A DNA stretch of 42,538 bases from Candidatus Nanopelagicales bacterium (GTDB lineage: Bacteria > Actinomycetota > Actinomycetes > S36-B12): the NCBI GenBank assembly GCA_044240285.1, contig JBIHZU010000001.1:1-42538 (forward strand), in the 5' to 3' direction. The position numbers and the translations under genes are program-made. The notes under the pieces are model-generated. The model made no database searches. It saw nothing but the letters and a program-made list of their open reading frames with translations, and was not told where the DNA came from. Below, one piece after another: positions 36,330 through 42,538 of the stretch. Each line of letters begins with the position of its first letter. The first letter of the stretch is position 1.

Positions 36330-37750
36330 GCACTCCACCCGTCGTGCCGCCCACGTGGGATGACCCGATGATCGAAGGCGGCAGCCATGTCGTCGGCGGT
36401 CCGTTCGGGAGACTGGCGCGCTCCTCGCGTCGATGGTGGACTCCAGCGCGCGTGCTGATCATGCTCGCGGGAGTTGCGTATCTCATTGCCTTGATTCGTA
36501 ACTACCCGTGCATGAGCAATGGCTGGGCATCGCCGGATCGCTATGAACACATGTGTTATTCCGACATTCCGCCGCTGTTTAGCATCCGAGATTTTACTGA
36601 TGGTGCTTTCCCATACCTGAATGCGCTGCCCAATGGTGAGTATCTCGAGTACCCCGTGCTTACGGGCATGTTCATGTGGATTGCCTCTCTGATCACTGTG
36701 TGGATCACAAGCCTCAGCCCGCAGATAGGTTCGACGCAGACATTCTTCGCGGTTAACACAATCCTGCTTCTTCCATTCTTCATCGCCACGGTCGTTGCGA
36801 CTGCAGCAACGGTGCGCAAGCGACCATGGGACGCCGCGATGGTTGCGCTCGCTCCAGGCATCATCTTGTGCGCATTTATCAACTGGGACATGATTCCTGT
36901 CGCGTTCACCGCGTTTGCCATGATGCTGTGGGCCCGCAAACATCCGCTCTGGGCTGGCATCCTGCTCGGCCTCGCAATCTCAGCAAAGTTCTATCCGCTG
37001 ATCCTCTTGGGGCCTTGGTTTCTCTTGGCAATCCGAAGTTCGCGACTCAAGCAGTTCTGGTGGCTGCTGCTCGGTACGGTGGCAAGTTGGCTTGTTGTGA
37101 ACTTGCCGTTCATCCTGGCGAACTTTGATGGCTGGTTCTATTTCTACAAGTTCAGCCAGACGCGTGGACAGGACTTCGGCTCAATTTGGTACGCCAGCAA
37201 CCTGCTTGGCCTTCCGCCGATTCTGCCGGAGTGGCTAAACACCGTGGCAACTGGAAGCTTCCTCGTGCTGTGCGTCGCAATAGGCGTGATGATCTTTGCA
37301 ACGCCACGTCGACCTCGTCTCGCGCAAGTGTTGTTCTTAGTTGTGGCAGCGTTCTGTCTCACCAACAAGGTCTATTCACCACAATTCGTCATGTGGCTCA
37401 TTCCGCTTGCGGTGATGGCACGTCCACGGTGGCGCGACTTCCTCATTTGGCAGGTCGGTGAAGCTGCGTACTTCGCCGCAGTGTGGTGGTTACTCGCTGG
37501 TTATGACGGAGGCAAGGGCCTGACGCAGCAGTGGTACGCCGTCTTTGTATTTGTTCACGTGCTCGCCACAGCGTGGTTCGCAGCGATGGTGATCCGCGAC
37601 ATGTTCAATCCGCGTTTCGATCCGGTACGCACTGATGGTCGCGTGGAAGATCGTGACGATCCAGGCGGTGGATGTTTTGATAACGCACCTGATCGCGTGG
37701 CGATGCCGAGTGCAAAGCCTGCGGCCGGTCGCCATGCAGCGCCGGTCTAA
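36326..37750 (+). CDS. GT87 (DUF2029) polyprenol-phosphate-sugar dependent membrane glycosyltransferase (Rv0051-like)
   Basis: 474 aa, polytopic. The first loop has YSDIPPLF...EYPVLTGMFMW, typical of GT-C mannosyltransferases of this family. Confidence 0.75.
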   Translation: MSTPPVVPPTWDDPMIEGGSHVVGGPFGRLARSSRRWWTPARVLIMLAGVAYLIALIRNYPCMSNGWASPDRYEHMCYSDIPPLFSIRDFTDGAFPYLNALPNGEYLEYPVLTGMFMWIASLITVWITSLSPQIGSTQTFFAVNTILLLPFFIATVVATAATVRKRPWDAAMVALAPGIILCAFINWDMIPVAFTAFAMMLWARKHPLWAGILLGLAISAKFYPLILLGPWFLLAIRSSRLKQFWWLLLGTVASWLVVNLPFILANFDGWFYFYKFSQTRGQDFGSIWYASNLLGLPPILPEWLNTVATGSFLVLCVAIGVMIFATPRRPRLAQVLFLVVAAFCLTNKVYSPQFVMWLIPLAVMARPRWRDFLIWQVGEAAYFAAVWWLLAGYDGGKGLTQQWYAVFVFVHVLATAWFAAMVIRDMFNPRFDPVRTDGRVEDRDDPGGGCFDNAPDRVAMPSAKPAAGRHAAPV

Positions 37751-37756
37751 CCGCAA

Positions 37757-38539
37757 CTAGCTATTGATCTCCATGATCACCGGGGCGTGATCGGACGAGC
37801 CCTTGCCCTTACGTGCTTCACGGTCTACGTAGGCGCCCGTCACGCAGTCAGTCAGTCGGGCATTGCCGTAGATCAGGTCGATACGCATTCCCTTGCCCTT
37901 CTGGAACGCGAGGTTGCGGTAGTCCCAGAAGGTGTACGGCTCGCCCTTGAGTGCGCGCGGGATGACTTCGATCAAGCCGATTGCCTCAAGGTCGCGCAGT
38001 TTTGCTCGCTCAGGCTCGGTGACGTGTGTGGAGTTATCGAAAGCACTGATGTCCCATACGTCTGCATCCGTTGGCGCGATGTTGTAATCACCGATGATGG
38101 TGAATGCCTGATCGGGGTTAGCTGCCATTTCGGCGACGGCCATGTCGCGTAGTGCGTCGTACCACTGCAATTTGTATGCGTAGTGCGCATGGTCAACTTC
38201 GCGGCCGTTGGGCACATAGATACTCCAGACACGGATGCCGCCGCAAGTGGCTCCAATCGCGCGCGGCTCGATGGAATCCTCGAACTCAGGCTGCCCGGGC
38301 AGGTTGCGAGTCACATCTTCAAGGCCGACGCGAGAGAGCAACGCGACACCGTTCCAGCGTCCGTCGCCCAGCGCTGCGATCTCGTAGCCGAGAGCTGCGA
38401 ACTCATCGACTGGCACAGCAGCCTCAGCGCACTTCAACTCCTGAACCGCGAGAACATCAGGTTGAGCAACCTCGAGCCATTCCAACACACGCGGCAGCCG
38501 CGCTCCGATTGAATTGACGTTCCACGTAGCAATGCGCAC
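37757..38539 (-). CDS. xthA: Exodeoxyribonuclease III
   Basis: MRIATWNVNSIGARL...QELK...GDYNIAP...SDHAPV are EEP-family signatures. 260 aa. Confidence 0.93.
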   Translation of the reverse strand: MRIATWNVNSIGARLPRVLEWLEVAQPDVLAVQELKCAEAAVPVDEFAALGYEIAALGDGRWNGVALLSRVGLEDVTRNLPGQPEFEDSIEPRAIGATCGGIRVWSIYVPNGREVDHAHYAYKLQWYDALRDMAVAEMAANPDQAFTIIGDYNIAPTDADVWDISAFDNSTHVTEPERAKLRDLEAIGLIEVIPRALKGEPYTFWDYRNLAFQKGKGMRIDLIYGNARLTDCVTGAYVDREARKGKGSSDHAPVIMEINS

Positions 38540-38572
38540 CTATGCAGGGTATCGGGTCAGATTCCCATGTCG

Positions 38573-39673
38573 TCAGGGATTGCCGACGGCGGCTCGAGAC
38601 CATTCGTCGGCGGCTCGAATGCCGTCGGCAATCATGGTCGTCGTCACCTCAAATGGTTCGTGGTGGGCGGTTTCACCCGGTTGCACAGTGCGTTCTGCAA
38701 TCGCCGTGATGGATGCCTTATCGAGATCAGCGAGTCCAAGATCAGATAGACGCGTAGGAAGTCCGACTGATCGGCAGAAGTTGATCACCTCAGTAATCTC
38801 CGATGCCTCACGACCCTCGACAACGAGTTGTACGAGGAGCCCGAAGGCGACCTTCTCTCCATGGAGACAGGCATGTGTCGGCGGTAGCACGGTCAAACCG
38901 TTATGCACTGAATGCGCAATGGCCAGTCCGCCAGATTCAAAGCCGAGGCCGGACAGCAACGTATTCGCCTCGACGACTCTCTCTAAAGCGGGTGTGACGG
39001 AGCGGGCGTCAACAGATCGTGCCGCATCGAGTCCGTCTGCGAAGAGCGTGTCTCGACACAACCCTGCAAGCGCACCGGCAGTCAATGTGGGTGCACCGCC
39101 TACCTGATTGACGCTATGCGCCTCAATGACTGTGCGTGCTTCGTACCACGTCGCGAGGGCGTCGCCCATGCCGGAAACTAGGTAGCGCCGAGGTGCCTGA
39201 GCTACGAGTGTCGTATCGACAAGTACGAGCACAGGATTTGTCGGGTAGAACTGATAGCGGTCTACCGACCCGTCTTCGTTGTAGACAACAGATAGTGCGC
39301 TGCACGGAGCATCACTTGACGCGAGCGTGGGGCAGTTGATTGCCGGGACCTGAAGTTGCGCAGCAACCGCGCGCGATGTGTCCAGAGCTTTACCTCCGCC
39401 AGCTCCGATGACCGCAGTCGCGCCTGCTGCCCGCCCGGCTTCGACGCCGGCATTGATTTCCGCTTGTGTGCACTCGCCGCCGAAGATGTGCGTGACGTAG
39501 GTGAAGTCGCTTAGGGCTTGTTCCCACAGCTTGCTGAGTTGGTCGGCAGTGCGCTGGCTGGCGAGGAGTAGGACTGGTCCGGAGATTTGTAGATGGGCTA
39601 ACTGTTCGCCGAGCGCAGTTGTCGCGTCGCGCCCCTGCACATAGCGAGAGGGCGCACAAAAGATTCCTAGCAT
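38573..39673 (-). CDS. gldA: Glycerol dehydrogenase (iron-containing ADH family)
   Basis: 366 aa with SRYVQGRDA, IGAGGGKALDTSRAVA and metal-binding His region AIAHSVHNGLT...LHGEKVAFG. Confidence 0.85.
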   Translation of the reverse strand: MLGIFCAPSRYVQGRDATTALGEQLAHLQISGPVLLLASQRTADQLSKLWEQALSDFTYVTHIFGGECTQAEINAGVEAGRAAGATAVIGAGGGKALDTSRAVAAQLQVPAINCPTLASSDAPCSALSVVYNEDGSVDRYQFYPTNPVLVLVDTTLVAQAPRRYLVSGMGDALATWYEARTVIEAHSVNQVGGAPTLTAGALAGLCRDTLFADGLDAARSVDARSVTPALERVVEANTLLSGLGFESGGLAIAHSVHNGLTVLPPTHACLHGEKVAFGLLVQLVVEGREASEITEVINFCRSVGLPTRLSDLGLADLDKASITAIAERTVQPGETAHHEPFEVTTTMIADGIRAADEWSRAAVGNP

Positions 39674-39712
39674 CTTGGGTTACCCCCCTTCTCGTTCAAG
39701 CGTTATGTGACT

Positions 39713-41029
39713 CTAACAAGTACAACGGATGGGGACTGTGGGCGAACTGCTAAGAATCGTTCCGGTGTCATCTAAGACCAGTAGGGAATCCTTTTCGAGA
39801 ATCACGGCATATGGGATCTCTCCCAACATCGCCTGCACAACGAATGCGGCCGTCAGTCCATTCACGTCCACGACCGCTCCGATGTGGAAGAGCGATCGCG
39901 TTTCGTCAATGGCGTCATCGGCGCCAGCGCGAAGAACCACCGGCACATCGGGGGCCTCCGCGATTGCGGAGATTGCGACCGCGATGTTGTCGCGTTCCTC
40001 GCTACCAGCAGCGACAATGGCGATGGCACGGCTCAGACCTGCGCGGCGCAGCATGCGACGCGAAGCCGCATCGCCAATGAGCACGGGGATGGATAAGTCA
40101 CGCGCGATAGCGAGGGAAGGTGTGTGATGTTCGCGCTCAATCCCGACTACGGCGATACCGAGGGCTCTGAACTCTTGCGCCAGCCGCAGGCCAACCTGGC
40201 CCATGCCGACAACGACCACGTGTCCGGCTCGTGGCACTACTCGCCGACCGATGAGTGAGATGCGTCGTCCGGAGAGCAGGTGCTGAACTATCCCTGCAGC
40301 AAATGCAGCGGTGAAGCCCATCACCAACAGCGCGGCGACAAAGCCCCAGATGAGGTACGCCGGTTCGTTGGGTAGTTCGGGTGAGCTGATCGTGGCTGTC
40401 GTTCGCGCCGCGTCGTACAAAGCCCGCAGCAGCGACTCGTGTCGCAATCCCACAAGAGTGTCGATGATGATCACGAGTACTAGTCCGAGCGCGCCGCCGA
40501 GTAGAACCGCCGACCCAGCGTCGTAGGGACGTAGTTGACCGCGCAGGCGACCGAACCATCCCCGTGCGCGGAGCCGGCCGGGTGTTTCGAATGCGGCGAT
40601 TCGTGCTCGCCCATCAACGGGCTCGTCGATGGACACCCATTCCTCAATCGAGGACGAGGCACTCCGGCGTACAGATGCGTGTTCTGGTGCAATCGCCTCG
40701 GCCACGATCGTGGGGACTGCGATTGCCGAGGGTGAGAGCACCACACAGTTCGGGATGACCGACTCGATTTGTGCGCGAGCAGTCCGGTCAAAGATCGCGA
40801 CGAAGATCCGAATGCCTCGCTGGGCGTGCGCCACGACCAGGCAGTAGCGCAGCGCCCTGATGTCGTCATGAAGCAGAACCACGACACCGTCGACTCCAGT
40901 GGCCAGTGCTGCTGTGATCTCAGCGTCTGTCGGGTCGTCGAGGTGCGTGGTTCGGACATCTCGAGACCGCAGCACGGCGCAGGCCCTCCGGCCGACGTCC
41001 GTGTGTCCGATCACCACAATGTGTTGCAT
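39713..41029 (-). CDS. Membrane protein with two RCK/TrkA-N NAD-binding domains (K+ channel-related, no obvious selectivity filter)
   Basis: ATG 41029 is preceded by AAGGAAGGGG; the track start 41134 is probably too long. MQHIVVIGHTDVGRR is a Rossmann-like start. Two TM helices lie mid-protein. A second Rossmann motif is HVVVVGMGQVGLRLA. No TVGYG-type filter is seen. Confidence 0.7.
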   Translation of the reverse strand: MQHIVVIGHTDVGRRACAVLRSRDVRTTHLDDPTDAEITAALATGVDGVVVLLHDDIRALRYCLVVAHAQRGIRIFVAIFDRTARAQIESVIPNCVVLSPSAIAVPTIVAEAIAPEHASVRRSASSSIEEWVSIDEPVDGRARIAAFETPGRLRARGWFGRLRGQLRPYDAGSAVLLGGALGLVLVIIIDTLVGLRHESLLRALYDAARTTATISSPELPNEPAYLIWGFVAALLVMGFTAAFAAGIVQHLLSGRRISLIGRRVVPRAGHVVVVGMGQVGLRLAQEFRALGIAVVGIEREHHTPSLAIARDLSIPVLIGDAASRRMLRRAGLSRAIAIVAAGSEERDNIAVAISAIAEAPDVPVVLRAGADDAIDETRSLFHIGAVVDVNGLTAAFVVQAMLGEIPYAVILEKDSLLVLDDTGTILSSSPTVPIRCTC

Positions 41030-41161
41030 CGGAGCCCCTTCCTTACTTCGTCGGCTAAGGCTAGGGGGTCGGTGGATCCCCGATTGGGAGATTTGAGCCC
41101 CAGCCCGTACGATCGGGCAGTCCCTTGGGGACACGCTGGTCCGGGCCTAGCCCGTGCCATC

Positions 41162-41206
41162 ACCTCCTGCCCCGGATCGTCCGGGGCCGATGAGTCCGAA
41201 GGAGGT
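41162..41206 (+). promoter_or_regulatory. Candidate rpsF 5' leader structure (SD-sequestering helix plus internal hairpin)
   Basis: ACCTCC at 41162-41167 is complementary to the SD GGAGGT at 41201-41206. A perfect 7-bp hairpin CCCCGGA-tcg-TCCGGGG lies at 41170-41186. Confidence 0.4.
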
Positions 41207-41216
41207 CGGTGCTCGC

Positions 41217-41507
41217 ATGCGCCGATACGAAGTTCTGGTCATTCTTGACCCCGATCTCGAAGAGCGCACTGTCGCTCCGAGTCTTGAGACCTTTCTCAAC
41301 GTGATCCGCCAGGCTGGCGGCAGCGTTGCCAAGGTCGATGTGTGGGGCCGTCGCCGTATGGCGTACGAAATCAACCACAAGGGCGATGGCATCTACGCCG
41401 TCCTCGACATCACGGCCACGCCCGCAGCAGTTGCGGAGCTCGACCGTCAGCTCGGCCTTAACGAAGCGGTGATGCGTACCAAGGTCACCCGTCCGGCCGG
41501 ATCCTGA
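41217..41507 (+). CDS. rpsF: 30S ribosomal protein S6
   Basis: [16 protein letters not shown]...[15 protein letters not shown] lies 11 nt upstream of the ATG. The track ORF start 41154 is over-extended. Confidence 0.95.
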   Translation: MRRYEVLVILDPDLEERTVAPSLETFLNVIRQAGGSVAKVDVWGRRRMAYEINHKGDGIYAVLDITATPAAVAELDRQLGLNEAVMRTKVTRPAGS

Positions 41508-41508
41508 C

Positions 41509-41988
41509 ATGGCGCAGGGCGACATCACCGTCACGGTCGTTGGCAACCTGACCAACGATCCTGAGCTCCGGTTTACGCCGAGTGGTGCAGCTGTCGCTTC
41601 CTTCACCGTTGCCTCGAGCCCTCGTGTGCTCGACAAGGCGACGAATGAATGGAAGGACGGCGATCCCGTCTTCATGCGTTGCAGCGTGTGGCGTCAGTAC
41701 GCCGAGAACGTTGCCGAGTCACTGGCTAAAGGCACGCGCGTCATTGTGACGGGCCGTCTTCGTCAGCGCTCGTACGAAACCCGCGAGGGTGAGAAGCGCA
41801 CGGTGGTGGAGATGGAGGTCGACGATGTCGGCCCCGCGCTCCGCTACGCGACAGCCAAGGTCAATCGCGTTGCCCGTGAGGGTGGCGGCGGTGCTGGTGT
41901 CGGTGGATTCTCTGGCGGCAACGCTGGCGGACCGACCGATGACCCATGGGCAAGTGGTGGCGCGTCCTTCGACGAGCCCCCCTTCTAA
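41509..41988 (+). CDS. ssb: Single-stranded DNA-binding protein
   Basis: OB fold [26 protein letters not shown], a Gly-rich linker and the acidic tip DEPPF. Confidence 0.95.
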   Translation: MAQGDITVTVVGNLTNDPELRFTPSGAAVASFTVASSPRVLDKATNEWKDGDPVFMRCSVWRQYAENVAESLAKGTRVIVTGRLRQRSYETREGEKRTVVEMEVDDVGPALRYATAKVNRVAREGGGGAGVGGFSGGNAGGPTDDPWASGGASFDEPPF

Positions 41989-42025
41989 CCGACTTCGTAA
42001 ATTTCAAGACTTGGGAGAGATGTAA

Positions 42026-42289
42026 GTGAAGAAGAACACTCGCGCGGAGGCCATCAAGGCCGCACAGCGCAAGCCGATTAAGCAAAAGGCCTGCCCCTTC
42101 TGCCGTGAAGACGCAGCGCCTATCGACTACAAGGATCTGCCCATGCTCCGCAAGTACATCTCGGACCGCGGCAAGATCCGCGCCCGTCGTGTGACTGGCG
42201 CATGCACGCAGCATCAGCGTGAGATCGCCGTTGCGGTGAAGAACGCGCGCGAAGTTGCGCTGCTTCCCTACGTGTCGACGGCTCGCTAA
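42026..42289 (+). CDS. rpsR: 30S ribosomal protein S18
   Basis: CPFCRED...[47 protein letters not shown]. Confidence 0.95.
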   Translation: MKKNTRAEAIKAAQRKPIKQKACPFCREDAAPIDYKDLPMLRKYISDRGKIRARRVTGACTQHQREIAVAVKNAREVALLPYVSTAR

Positions 42290-42304
42290 GAAGGGGATGA
42301 CGAG

Positions 42305-42538
42305 ATGAAGCTGATTCTTACGGAAGAAGTTCCCAACCTGGGTGCGCCTGGTGACATCGTCGAGGTGAAGGACGGCTATGGCCGCAATTTCCTTCTCCCC
42401 CGCGGTTTCGCCATGTCATGGACCAAGGGTGGCGAGAAGCAGGTTGTGCAGATCAAGCGTGCACGCAAGTCACGCGAGGTCCGCGACCTCGGTCACGCGC
42501 AGGAAATCAAGGCGGCCCTCGAAGCCACCACGATCACT
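42305..42538 (+). CDS. rplI: 50S ribosomal protein L9 (5' part; runs off window)
   Basis: My own translation from ATG 42305: [46 protein letters not shown]... The frame is open to the window end. Confidence 0.93.
   Translation, partial: MKLILTEEVPNLGAPGDIVEVKDGYGRNFLLPRGFAMSWTKGGEKQVVQIKRARKSREVRDLGHAQEIKAALEATTIT

Overview
This window is the replication-origin neighbourhood of a moderately high-GC actinobacterial chromosome. Gene order matches the conserved Mycobacterium/Streptomyces oriC core.

Gene order, left to right:
- Minus strand: gyrA (partial), gyrB, dciA (DUF721), recF, dnaN, then a compact oriC (DnaA boxes, AT-rich TAG-trio tract), then dnaA.
- Plus strand, divergent from dnaA: rpmH, rnpA, yidD, yidC, jag, rsmG, two parS sites, parA, parB.
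- Then ddl and a class I/II aminotransferase; cwlM, trxA, trxB; an anti-sigma/ECF sigma pair (sigM-like); and a stand-alone pseudokinase, murJ, a DUF6049-like protein and a NUDIX gene.
- Then cca, a membrane protein, an MFS transporter, DUF5522, threonine aldolase and ino1-padR.
- Then a secreted beta-propeller, DUF5318 coupled to a GT87 glycosyltransferase, xthA-gldA, an RCK/TrkA-like membrane protein, and rpsF-ssb-rpsR-rplI (partial).

Nearly everything is housekeeping. I found no rRNA, tRNA, CRISPR array, transposase, integrase or recognisable defence gene.

The only clearly accessory segment is about 1.45 kb between the NUDIX gene and cca (26144-27599). Its composition is distinct, about 72-75% GC in hand-counted samples against about 55-58% in the flanks. 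It carries:
- a perfect 19-bp Fur-family-type palindrome;
- an HU-like gene translationally coupled to a cysteine-rich zinc-ribbon-like ORF I cannot place in any family;
- two gene stumps, the 3' end of an ABC-3 metal permease and the 5' end of an FAD oxidoreductase.

This is my best candidate for something undescribed, but it is small and I cannot claim a complete novel system. Other points worth a second look are the origin architecture, the parS doublet, DnaA boxes in the parA-parB spacer and an rpsF leader.

All product calls rest on my own recognition of motifs and synteny. No database search was run. Start codons are judged from SD-like sequences and gene overlaps and may be off by a few codons.
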